Shown here in pieces: positions 32,594 through 42,700 of a DNA stretch of 64,000 bases. Made by a program: the position numbers and the translations under genes. The notes under the pieces are model-generated. The model did not search any database, was not told the origin of the DNA, and saw only the letters and a program-made list of their open reading frames with translations. Where the stretch lies: the NCBI RefSeq assembly GCF_965641715.1, contig NZ_OZ282453.1; one strand, given 5' to 3'. How positions within the stretch are numbered: position 1 is the stretch's first letter; the number at the start of each line of letters is the position of its first letter. The DNA comes from Escherichia coli. Its GTDB lineage: Bacteria > Pseudomonadota > Gammaproteobacteria > Enterobacterales > Enterobacteriaceae.

Positions 32594-32620
32594 AAGGGGG
32601 AAACCGCTTCCCCCTTTAAT
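32594..32620 (+). terminator. hairpin downstream of the toxin ORF
   Basis: perfect 9-bp inverted repeat AAGGGGGAA / TTCCCCCTT with 5-nt loop, weak T tract. Confidence 0.45.
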
Positions 32621-32680
32621 AAAGCTATACTCGTCATACTTCAAGTTGCATGTGCTGCGACTTGAATTATCTAGAGTATA

Positions 32681-32998
32681 TTATTCTATTTCTTGGTTGA
32701 ATATATTCTGTAGTTCACGATTAAAAATTGCTATTACAGTTTCAGGTGATTCACCTCGTAATTTCCGCTCATCAATACACTCATCTCTTATATAAATCAA
32801 CGCATCATTTATTAGCGGGTCAGCATCTTCTCGATCACGTTGATGAAATGTTGGATGTAGCCGGAATCGCTCCAGTCGATAGACGGAACCTGTAAATAAT
32901 TCAGAGCATTTATGGACCTCAAGTCTGAAGGAAAACGGATCTTCAGGTACAGGGACCTCATAATCGTAAATAGCAACCAGCTCTTTTTGCACGATCAT
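32681..32998 (-). CDS. yehK: uncharacterised protein YehK
   Basis: 105-aa ORF between yehI and the toxin locus; translation matches remembered YehK. Confidence 0.8.
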   Translation of the reverse strand: MIVQKELVAIYDYEVPVPEDPFSFRLEVHKCSELFTGSVYRLERFRLHPTFHQRDREDADPLINDALIYIRDECIDERKLRGESPETVIAIFNRELQNIFNQEIE

Positions 32999-33058
32999 CG
33001 CTTTCCCCGCTGGTAAGTCGTGTTGATAACGGGCAGTTGCATCACTGCCCGCTGTGTT

Positions 33059-36000
33059 TTAATGGAAAATGACGTCAGGTGCGCTTAACGCCTCACTCAA
33101 ATCAAACACATCAAGTTCGGCAAAAGTGACGGATTTATTGTCACGGTACACTCGAAGAGAACGGAAGCTCATTAGCGCTTTGCTATCAACATTGTAGTGG
33201 TTAAAACCGGGTGAAAACTTAAGGACCAGCCGGTACTCACCCAGGTCATAGACAAATGCGTCCTCATAGCCTGACTCCCAGCCTTTGTATCGCATTCCCA
33301 TAAGTTGCCCAACGGTAGCGGATTTACCTTCCCAGCGAGTCAGGCTGTTACTGGTTGACTCGTCAGGTGTGAGCAGCACCGTGCGGCGCGACAACTGGCG
33401 AAAAGGCGGCATAATTTCGTAATCGGCAAAAAGCTGTGCAAATTCACTGCGCATTTCTGCTGTCATTTCTAACGGGTGGGCAATGCCAATCAGAGCATCC
33501 GCAGGAAGGTCAATGGGCTCATCCTGCGCATTGCAGAACTCCCCCTCTGCGGCCACACGAAAGGCGTTGAGTAAACGACGCGGTTCATTTGCCGGATAAA
33601 CCCCCCATATTAATCGCTGGGTAACCAGGCGGGTAAAGGGATGATTAACAAACAGAGAATGAAAATCTGCCAGCGACCAGCGTCGGGTGGTACGTAGGGC
33701 AGCTTCAAGACGCGGGAGCAGGTTTTTGCTCACCTGAGTAGCATCTTTTTTTAGCCCTTTTAGTCGGGCCAGTGCCTCGGGCGCTTTCAGTTGATCGTCA
33801 TCGGCACGCAACCGGGGAACACTTTTCTGGCGAACGTTTTGTTGATCAAAGATAACCGGGTTGAGGTTTTCATCGAAGCGAACGGTAAACTGCCGGGGAC
33901 CAAAATCAAAAATCAACGCCTGCGGATCATCAAGACCCAGTGTTGGGACTAATCTGTCCGCTAACTCTTCCTGGCTTAGCCCGCGATTTTCTGCGACCAC
34001 CTGAAGAAATTCCGCTGCGTTTTCACGTAATGAAGAGGATTTCGCCCGTTGTGATACATGATGCAGCTGTATCAGCGCCATATCATTATTCATCAAGGTA
34101 AGTATATTCAGACCAATGACAGCACGGGCAGATTTGCCTTCTTGTGGCCAGGCGAGGATCTGTGTCGTCAGATCCCGAGCCGTGCTTTCGTCACCAAAGA
34201 GACTTAACGCCAGAAATGCCCAGTTGTCTTTTGCGGGGGCACCAGCTTGTTGCCACGCAGTGAAGAGATCCCAGGCAAAAGCGGCCAGCGTTTGTGGCTG
34301 GCAAAACGTTTTCAGTTGTTCCAGACCGCTATAAAAACGTCCGCCCTGGGTAAAGCGCAGCATTTCGCCGATAATTTCCAGAGCGTCATCGGTAACAGGC
34401 TGATTATTAGTGATAAGTCGCGGCCTGGACCACATTGCCGGATGCCAGAAATCAGGGGCTTTTGGAATGCGTGCCGGGTAAATGTCCATTGGACCCTGTT
34501 TCAGTAAATGCTCCAGGGCAGGCCATACATCTGTACGCTGCCAGCGGTTTGCCACGGTTTGCAGCAATTCACCATGTCCCTGTTCGTAAAGTAAACGCAG
34601 GGCAAGTAATGCAGCTTCGCTATTATCGCTGGATTTGGTGAAGACAAGAGGGATAAGTGCAGTAGCCGTATGTTCCGGCCAATGTAAAATCCACTGGCGA
34701 GCCAGATCACGCTGCACCGCGAAACGTCGCCAGACGCGGGCAACGGGCAGGGCCAGTTCTGTTGCGCCAAAATTTAAAATTAACGGAAATGTTTCTTTTG
34801 GACGATGTAAAAAAGCCAACATCAGACCTGGTAGCGCATCCAACCCGAGGATACTGAGAAAATAGTCCTCACCCGCGAACAGATGTTTTTTCTCATTGAT
34901 ACGCAGCCAGAAGGTCAAAGCCATCTCACGCGGCAACTGTGCCAATAAATACAGGTTCCAGACACTCTTTTCCGGACGATAACGTGAGTAGTTGTCATTT
35001 TCCCATATGTTAATTAACGCTTCTATGTGACCGCTGCGGAGCGCCTGTTCTGCTAATTGTGCTTCCGGGGAGTTCCAGCCATTCAGGATCTCTTCAACCC
35101 GCCCCTGGTAGTAATGCCACTGAACAATGAGTGAATTGCGTGCAGCATCCAGTTTTCCGGGGAGTATATAATTCAGAAACAGCCATACATCATCCCCAAA
35201 ACCCAGTTCCTGTAATACAACTCGCCCACTTTTTTGTTCCATGCGTTCCGCAAGAGATTCCGTGCTGAAATAACGGGCAGACTCAGTGGAGGCAAGCCAC
35301 TCTTGTTCGCCTGGTTGCCAGTAAACTTGCGGGGTTAATTCGAGCGGTGCCAAATCAAGACGTGGAGCTGTCATTTTTTTCTTACTACGCCACGGTGGTG
35401 AAACGAGGATTTCAGGCAGATTGCTGTTATCGGTGCCATCAATAACCGGTTTGGGCGGTGCCAATAAATAACTATTCAGTACTGCCCGGGCTTGAGTACT
35501 TAACCACTGCATCACCTCTTCTGCCAGTTGTGGCTGCGATGCCATCAGCGTTTGTAACAGCGTACGCCAGTATTCATCGCGTGCTTTTTGCTGGGCAGGC
35601 AGCTTTTTGTCTTCGATGATTGGATAACCAGGGCGGGCTGGTGGTTCTTTTAACGCCAGCAGTTCTGCCAGTGCCGCGAGCGTCGCGTGGGGGAAGTTTT
35701 TACTGTATTTAGCCACACGTTGCAGGCTGGGTTTGTTTTTATCAGCCACCAGTAGCAAGGTGTGGATGACCTGCGGATGGTTAATTTGTACCAACAGACT
35801 GCCGCAATCTTCTTTATGGGCATACATCGCGAGGCGCGGAATGGCTGCCAGTCCTTGTTCGCGCAAAAGGGCGGCGCAGGCCGCGTAGCCGAAGTGGTTT
35901 TTTTGTGACATGTAGCTGGCTTCGCGATCGCTAAATACGTCCAGGCCCCAGTATCGTTCGAGTTTTTTTACCGCCGTATTATCAGTAGCAACGACCTTTA

Positions 36001-36691
36001 ACCACTCCTTTGAATGGAGACTTGACCGGGAGCTTTCAAGACTGGCGAGTTCATTGGCTATTTCAGGCTTTTCCGGGAGGATCAGCGCAATAAAAGGACG
36101 GCGAATTTTGGGTATTCCTGGCAGTGCGGCAATGAGTTTATCGGCACAACGCTGCCAGCAACTTTCCTCTGCCAGCGACAGATGCTTACGCAAACGGAGA
36201 TCGAAATCGTTATAGGTCGCGGAGCCATAACCGTAGCCATAGTCCTCGTCCTGATACTGCAATGTCACTACCAGAGGATCACTCTCATAACACCGCGCAA
36301 TAAACTGGCGTGCAATCACCACCTCAGTCGCATATTCCAGCCCCTCTTGTTGGACGATTTCGTCGAGCAACTGTTGGCTGTCATTTTGCGCGATACAGGC
36401 TAGCGCCGCCATTGTCCGGGCCGGGATTGAGGGTTTGTGTTCGCCGATCAAGTTGATGGCCTGCGTGATGGCGGACTGCCACTCCAGTGAAAAATTTTCA
36501 TAACGCCAGACAATGTTTTTTTTCTTCTCAGCTTTTTTTAGCAATTCATCACCCAGTGTCTGGATGAGGCTTTCAGTGATAACAGGCGCTGGTTCGCCCG
36601 GCCAATTGCGATGGCTGAGTGGTGTTTTACCCTTTTTATATTTCAGTTCCAGTTGGGCGTTATCAGCCAGCCACGGTAATTCCTTGTCCAT
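33059..36691 (-). CDS. yehI: giant DUF4132-type protein YehI (no WGR domain)
   Basis: 1210 aa; C-terminal ~350 aa shares conserved blocks with the two downstream paralogs (WAF.AL...GDESTAR, LDFGPRQFTV, ADYE..PPF). Confidence 0.88.
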   Translation of the reverse strand: MDKELPWLADNAQLELKYKKGKTPLSHRNWPGEPAPVITESLIQTLGDELLKKAEKKKNIVWRYENFSLEWQSAITQAINLIGEHKPSIPARTMAALACIAQNDSQQLLDEIVQQEGLEYATEVVIARQFIARCYESDPLVVTLQYQDEDYGYGYGSATYNDFDLRLRKHLSLAEESCWQRCADKLIAALPGIPKIRRPFIALILPEKPEIANELASLESSRSSLHSKEWLKVVATDNTAVKKLERYWGLDVFSDREASYMSQKNHFGYAACAALLREQGLAAIPRLAMYAHKEDCGSLLVQINHPQVIHTLLLVADKNKPSLQRVAKYSKNFPHATLAALAELLALKEPPARPGYPIIEDKKLPAQQKARDEYWRTLLQTLMASQPQLAEEVMQWLSTQARAVLNSYLLAPPKPVIDGTDNSNLPEILVSPPWRSKKKMTAPRLDLAPLELTPQVYWQPGEQEWLASTESARYFSTESLAERMEQKSGRVVLQELGFGDDVWLFLNYILPGKLDAARNSLIVQWHYYQGRVEEILNGWNSPEAQLAEQALRSGHIEALINIWENDNYSRYRPEKSVWNLYLLAQLPREMALTFWLRINEKKHLFAGEDYFLSILGLDALPGLMLAFLHRPKETFPLILNFGATELALPVARVWRRFAVQRDLARQWILHWPEHTATALIPLVFTKSSDNSEAALLALRLLYEQGHGELLQTVANRWQRTDVWPALEHLLKQGPMDIYPARIPKAPDFWHPAMWSRPRLITNNQPVTDDALEIIGEMLRFTQGGRFYSGLEQLKTFCQPQTLAAFAWDLFTAWQQAGAPAKDNWAFLALSLFGDESTARDLTTQILAWPQEGKSARAVIGLNILTLMNNDMALIQLHHVSQRAKSSSLRENAAEFLQVVAENRGLSQEELADRLVPTLGLDDPQALIFDFGPRQFTVRFDENLNPVIFDQQNVRQKSVPRLRADDDQLKAPEALARLKGLKKDATQVSKNLLPRLEAALRTTRRWSLADFHSLFVNHPFTRLVTQRLIWGVYPANEPRRLLNAFRVAAEGEFCNAQDEPIDLPADALIGIAHPLEMTAEMRSEFAQLFADYEIMPPFRQLSRRTVLLTPDESTSNSLTRWEGKSATVGQLMGMRYKGWESGYEDAFVYDLGEYRLVLKFSPGFNHYNVDSKALMSFRSLRVYRDNKSVTFAELDVFDLSEALSAPDVIFH

Positions 36692-36700
36692 GCTCTTTCC

Positions 36701-39700
36701 TTATTCAAACAGGGCTTCAATATCGTTAATTAGCTCGCTGGCGGTGATGGCATCGAGTACGGAGAGCTGCGCTTCCTGTATTGAATTACTCCCCCAGCCA
36801 TAGCTTTCCGCTTTGCCTTCCCATAGCCACAGCTTGCTTAAGAGTTGCTCGGCACTCAGTTCGGCTGGCGACATGCCTACCGCAAAGCCTTCATCGATTT
36901 CCATGATTAACGACCAGCGGCCCAGAGGTTTGATCATCCAGCCGATCCAGCCTCCATCCTGTGGTTCGCCCTTTATCCAGCCTTTATTCGCCAGCCCCAT
37001 TACCCGACCGCTCGGGCATTTTCTGCCTGCCCAGCGGGTCAGTTCGCTGGCATTGCGCTCGGTTTCTGTCAGGGCGTAACTGTTACGGTCGAGCTGGCGG
37101 AACGGCGGTAGCAGTTCGTAGTCGGCAAAAAGCTGCCCAAATGCGGCGGCATCCGTCGGTGATATTTCCAGAACGTGAGGAATACCAACAGAGATATCGC
37201 CTTCCGGCAGGGTGAAAAGATCATCGTCAGCGGTGCTGTAGCTGTTATCTTCCGCTACGCGGAAGCACGTCAGTAGCTGGTTTTCGGTGCTATAAACGCC
37301 CCAAATCAGACGGCGGGTTAAGTGGTGTACCAGTGGATGTTCAACCAGGAAGAGCTGAAAGTTTTCTGGCGACCAGCGGCGACGCAGGCACATGGCGGAT
37401 TCCAACCTTGCTACCTGCTGGGCGGCGACGGTACGCGCATCTTTTTTCAGCAGTTTGTAGCGGTTAACAGCATCGTTCGCCTGTGATTCATCATCGCTTT
37501 TGTTTGGTTTGGGCAGGTCTTTCAGACGGCTGCCGGAAGCGTCACGCACAAACGGTTTTAAGGTTTCATCAAAGCTGACGGTGAACTGGCGTGGGCCGAA
37601 ATCCAGCAGCAACGAACCGTTATCATCCAGACTGAGATCCGGTGCTAACCGATCTTCAAGCTCCGCCACTGTCAGTTCGCGACTTTCAGCAATGTCGGCA
37701 ATTTTCTCTTTCGCCCGCTCCTGTAAAGCTTTGAATTTCAGTTTCTGAGCAATGCCGTTAAGCTGCATCAGAGCGATATCACTACCGATAGCGGCGAGAA
37801 TATCCAACCCAACGGTGGCGCGTTTATGCTGAGATTCGCCAGGCCAGGCGCGTATTAATGGCGTCAGTTTGCGAGCGGTGTCGTCGTTACCGAGAACACA
37901 TAACGCAGTGAACGCCCAGCTTTCTTTCGATGGTGCACCCGTAGTCAGCCAGGCGGTAAACAGATCCCAGGCAAATTCAGCCAGTGAGTCGGCGGTACAG
38001 GCATCTTTCACCTGCAATAATCCCGGATACAGCGCCTCTTCCTGAGGGAAGCGGAGCATTTCACCGAGGTGGAGGAGGGCGTTATCTGGCAGTACCTTGC
38101 TGCTATTTTTGAGTTTTGGGCGAGTCCATAATGGAGGTTGATAAAACAACGGTAAAGGGGGGATTTTCGCCGGGTATTTACCCACAGGACTGTTGTCGTT
38201 ATTTTTATTTTGAGTTTCCCAGGGCGGCGAGACTAGTACCATTGGTAGAATTTCTGAGTTTGCAAAATCTTCATTGCGACTATTCAGCAATTGCTGACAT
38301 TGTTGCAATAAATTTGCCGCTTGCGACGATAATCCGATGACTAATTTTTCGACCAATAAAGGATTTGCATTAAGTAATGAAACCAGCAACGTATGTTTGC
38401 GTTTATCATCTTTTTTTACCAATTCTTCGGCTAATGCCGCTATCGTGGCAGAAGGAAAATTTTCGGCACTTTTTATTAGTCGTTCATAACAGCGTTTATT
38501 AGTATCGGCGGCTTCGATGAGTGCCGTAATGGCCAACGGATGATTAATACATTTCAGTACGTCACCGCAATTATCTTCTTCAGCATAGGAAGCCAGGCGA
38601 GCCAGTGCCGCTATACCTTGTTCCCGTAATACCGTAGCTGACCAACTGGCACCATAGGTGTTAAATACATCAATGTATTGATAGTTCTCCAGTATTTCGA
38701 GCGTGAATGGATCTGTCGCTACCAGTTTCAACATTTCAAGTTGTGGAACATCTGCGACCTGGTGTAAACGATGTACGATCTCATGGGCCACTTCGGGTAT
38801 TTCTGGCATTAAAATGGCAATTAACGGTTGGCGATAGAGTGATATATCTGGTAACGCAACGAGTAATTTTGCAATGCAATTTTGCCATACTTCTTCTTCT
38901 GCTAGTGATAAATGTTTACGCAGACGTAAACTAAATTTGTCGTTATTCCTTCTATAACTGTCCTTGCTGCTATCTGCATAATTAATAAAGAAAGTCAAAT
39001 GTTCATCTTTATAGTCAAAATCGAAATCAATTTGCCACCAGAAGATGACAGTTTCAGTTGCGTATTCGATACCGAAGGTGCTTACAATTTCATCCAGCAA
39101 CTCGGATGAGGTTTCATCATTCCAGCCCTGACAAAAACATATTTCCAGAAAAGTAAGTACCGCCATAGTACGCGCGGGTATCTCAGTCTTTTGGGCCTTA
39201 ATTAAGCTGATTGCCTGGCTAATCGCATCAGCCCATTCATCAGAGCATGAGCTGTAATCGAAAGTCAGATTTTTATAATAATGATAAGTACGATTTGCCA
39301 ATCGGGAAATTAAATTTTGTTTTTCGGGTTTGGTTGGTTTTTTAACTGGCTCTCCCGGCCAAAGGCGGTGGCTGAGGGCATGGCGGGCAATATTCGGGGG
39401 AAGAATAATGGGATCGTTGTCTGCCAGCCAGGGTAAACCATTAGTTGCTGCCTGGCGATTTATTGAGGCTTTTTCCTCTGTGACCAGGACTTTCTTTGCT
39501 GAGGCATCATGTGAGTGAGCGTTAGCGTCTACTTGCTCCACATACCCCTTCTTCACCTTCTCCGCAATCAGCTTCAGTTCCACTTTTTCCGCCGCCGCAG
39601 CATCTGCAAAGCTTTTTACCTGACTTTGCCCGTTAGTGCCGACTTTACCCCAGGTTATATGCAGCTCGTTTCCCTGCTGCTCCACCGCCCAGAATTTATG

Positions 39701-39733
39701 TGATTTTTCGTCCTGATAAATATAGGTTTTCAT
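36701..39733 (-). CDS. WGR-domain plus DUF4132 protein, 1010-aa paralog of MolR/YehI
   Basis: N-terminal WGR-like module (KFWAVEQQGNELHITWGKVGT) and C-terminal module about 75% identical to the molR-like product by eye. Confidence 0.85.
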   Translation of the reverse strand: MKTYIYQDEKSHKFWAVEQQGNELHITWGKVGTNGQSQVKSFADAAAAEKVELKLIAEKVKKGYVEQVDANAHSHDASAKKVLVTEEKASINRQAATNGLPWLADNDPIILPPNIARHALSHRLWPGEPVKKPTKPEKQNLISRLANRTYHYYKNLTFDYSSCSDEWADAISQAISLIKAQKTEIPARTMAVLTFLEICFCQGWNDETSSELLDEIVSTFGIEYATETVIFWWQIDFDFDYKDEHLTFFINYADSSKDSYRRNNDKFSLRLRKHLSLAEEEVWQNCIAKLLVALPDISLYRQPLIAILMPEIPEVAHEIVHRLHQVADVPQLEMLKLVATDPFTLEILENYQYIDVFNTYGASWSATVLREQGIAALARLASYAEEDNCGDVLKCINHPLAITALIEAADTNKRCYERLIKSAENFPSATIAALAEELVKKDDKRKHTLLVSLLNANPLLVEKLVIGLSSQAANLLQQCQQLLNSRNEDFANSEILPMVLVSPPWETQNKNNDNSPVGKYPAKIPPLPLFYQPPLWTRPKLKNSSKVLPDNALLHLGEMLRFPQEEALYPGLLQVKDACTADSLAEFAWDLFTAWLTTGAPSKESWAFTALCVLGNDDTARKLTPLIRAWPGESQHKRATVGLDILAAIGSDIALMQLNGIAQKLKFKALQERAKEKIADIAESRELTVAELEDRLAPDLSLDDNGSLLLDFGPRQFTVSFDETLKPFVRDASGSRLKDLPKPNKSDDESQANDAVNRYKLLKKDARTVAAQQVARLESAMCLRRRWSPENFQLFLVEHPLVHHLTRRLIWGVYSTENQLLTCFRVAEDNSYSTADDDLFTLPEGDISVGIPHVLEISPTDAAAFGQLFADYELLPPFRQLDRNSYALTETERNASELTRWAGRKCPSGRVMGLANKGWIKGEPQDGGWIGWMIKPLGRWSLIMEIDEGFAVGMSPAELSAEQLLSKLWLWEGKAESYGWGSNSIQEAQLSVLDAITASELINDIEALFE
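39665..39718. repeat. 54-bp segment identical to 43475-43528
   Basis: direct sequence comparison of the 5' coding ends of the two WGR paralogs. Confidence 0.85.
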
Positions 39734-39745
39734 TGTTAAATCCTT

Positions 39746-42700
39746 TTAATCAAACAGTGATTCAATGTCGTTAATCAGCTCGCTGGCGGTGATGTCGTCG
39801 AGCATGGAGAAAGTGGGTGAGGATTGTTTACCATAGCGATCATAAGGGGCGGTGATTTTTACGCTTTCGACAGGCAGCAGGTCGCTATACCCCGTTTCGC
39901 CATAAATTAATGAAAAAGGTTCCGTTTCAAGTTCGAGAGCACCATAAGGGGTAGATTTGCGCATCGCATAAACGCTGCCGCTTTCTTCCAGACGTTGCCA
40001 GCCTCGGCGTTCCAGCCCGACAATGCGTCCGGCCTGGCAGAGACGTCCGTTCCAGCGTGACAATTCATGGACATTACGTTCGTTATCAGCAAGGTGGTAA
40101 CTACCACGTTCGAGCTGTTGGAAAGGGGGAAGCAGTTCGTAATCAACGTAAATTTGCCTGAATGCAGCGGCGGATTCAGGGGGGATTTCCAGCACATGCG
40201 GTATACCGATGTTTCCTGCTGGCAGCGTGAATAACTCATCCTGCGCATCGCTGTAAGTGCTGTCTTCTGCCACGCGAAAACAGGTGATAAGAGCGTTTTC
40301 ATCGTTATAAACCCCCCATAACAGCCGTCGGGTTAAGTGACGTACCAGCGGATGCTCCACCAGAAACAGGCGGAACTGCTCTGCCGTCCAGCGTCTGCGC
40401 TGGCACATAGCCTGTTCCAGACGGGTAATATGCTGGCTGGCGATAGCACGAACATCTTTTTTCAACTGTTTGAAGAGATTAACTGCGTCAGTTGCCAGTG
40501 TTTTATCATCGCTCTGGTTTGGCTTAGGTAAATCTTTCAGGACTTTGCCGTTTGCATCGCACACTACAGGTTTTAAGGTTTCGTCAAAACCAACGGTGAA
40601 TTTGCGGGGGCCGAAATCCAGTATCAGCGAGCCACTGCTATCAAGCCCTAAATCTGGAGCCAGGCGGTCTTCCATTTCAGCCATAGTCAGCCCACGGTTT
40701 TCAGCAACTATGTTGATTTTCTCGCGGGCATGTTCCTGTAATGCTTTGAATTTAATTTTTCGCGCGATGCCATTAAGCAGCATTAGCGCAACATCGCTGC
40801 CAATATCAGCTAATACATCCAGCCCGGACACCGCCCGTTTATGCTGGGATTCCCCAGGCCAGGCGCGGATAAGCGGGGTTAATTTACGCGCGGTGTCGTC
40901 ATTGCCTAAAATCCCAAGCGAAGTAAATGCCCAGTTTTCTTTTGCGGGTGCGCCAGCTTCTGTCCAGGCGGTATACAGATCCCAGCCAAATTCAGCCAGT
41001 GATTCGCGGGTGAAGATTTCTCTAATGATATCCAGCCCAGCGTAGGCGGTAATGTCGCGAGGAAAGCTCAGCATAGTGCCGAGGTGGCGCATAGCGTCAT
41101 CTGACAGAGGCAGGTTGTTACTTTTAAGCCGTGGTCTGCGCCATAAGGTGAACTGATAAAAGCCGGGCAGTGGGGCGATTTTAGCGGGATATTCTTCCAG
41201 CGGCTCGCTATCAAATAATGTTGCCAGCGCAGCTAAAACATCAGGTTGGTTATACCCCTGGGCGATTTCTTCAATCGTTTCTCGCTGGTTTAAATTCACC
41301 AGCAGACGAAGCGCCTGGCGGGCACAATCACGATCTTTTCCTTTTTTGCCCAAGGCCACAGGAAGTAGCCCGGCGGCAGCATGGCGTGGGAAGTTAGCCA
41401 GCCATTTTCGAGCATCTTCAGCAGACATTTTTTTCTGTAATCGCTGCGCCATCGGTAATGCTAATTCGCTGACGCCCAGGAAGAGGGTGAATATCCATAA
41501 CTGTTGTGGCTTACGTTGCAGACATTTCATAAACGCAGGAATGGCCGCATCACCAAAAATCGCCAGAATTTCTCTCTCGCCGGAGAATTGCTCTTCATTA
41601 ATTATTTGATTGAGAAAAGAAATAGCATGCTGAGTGGGTAGGAAGCAGAGCGCGTACAACTGCCAGTGTCTGCTTCCTTTGTTATGGTATTGCGCAAACT
41701 CGGCTTTCAGCGCGGGGAAATCGAAACGTAACAGGGCATCAACTGCGCTTTGTGGCATTATTTTTTTTTCGTATTGTTCTTCTCCGGTTCTGCGCCATTC
41801 CTTAAACCCCAGTCGCCAAAGGATTTGCTGTTCTGGCGTTAAAGGGATGAAAGACGTTTCCCAGCGTTCTTTTTTTATCGGTGGCAGGTCGGTAAATAAG
41901 GTTTGCTGTGATGCCTGATATTGCGCGATTTCACTGAATCTGGATATGTCAGTATGACTGATTAACTCTGTAATTCCTGGTGTGATATCCGTGACGGCAG
42001 GAATGGGAAGTACCGGTAAATCAAATACGGGTATGACATTCTTTTTCTTATTTATTACCCACGGTGGAGCGACAAGCAGCTCCGGCAACATATCCACAGT
42101 GGCATATTCACATTCTTCAGCTACTGGCAGCGGACGACATTCAGATAAGATGCCTGCCGCCTTAGCATTAACCCAGGGAATGACCTCGCATACTAACTCT
42201 GGCGTGGCGGTAATCAGTTTGACAAGCGCTTTACGCCACTCATTATTTTCATGTATTGCCAGCAAAGTAGCATAAGCGGCAATAGCCGCAGCGGGATGTT
42301 TTTGGCAGGCTTTGCTTAAGTATTCCAGGTGCTTTTTCTTGCCATTTACACCGAGGATCAGAATTTGAATCGCATCCGGGTGATTCGTTTTCCATAGCCA
42401 TTTGACAAGATCTTCAGTCTCGCTGATACGCTCGAAGAGATAAGTGGGATTGTCAGAATGCTCTTCCGTAAACTCAAGAAGTATCCGGCTTACACCGCGC
42501 ACCCCATTATTTGCCAGCAACATTGCCAGATAAGCGCGAAAATCATGATACAACGGTGGGAAGTCGTATTTTTCTGCTGTAGTCAGAGCGGCGTCATCGG
42601 TTACCACCAGTCTTAACCAGGTCATCGCCGGAACGTTTTGATCTGCATAACGTAGCGCCATAGCATTGGCAATATCCGGGCGTTCAGGGAGCAGTAACGC

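Noticed and set aside
40470-41045. 191-aa plus-strand ORF inside molR
   Set aside because: Antisense to a 1265-aa conserved ORF; Ser-rich low complexity
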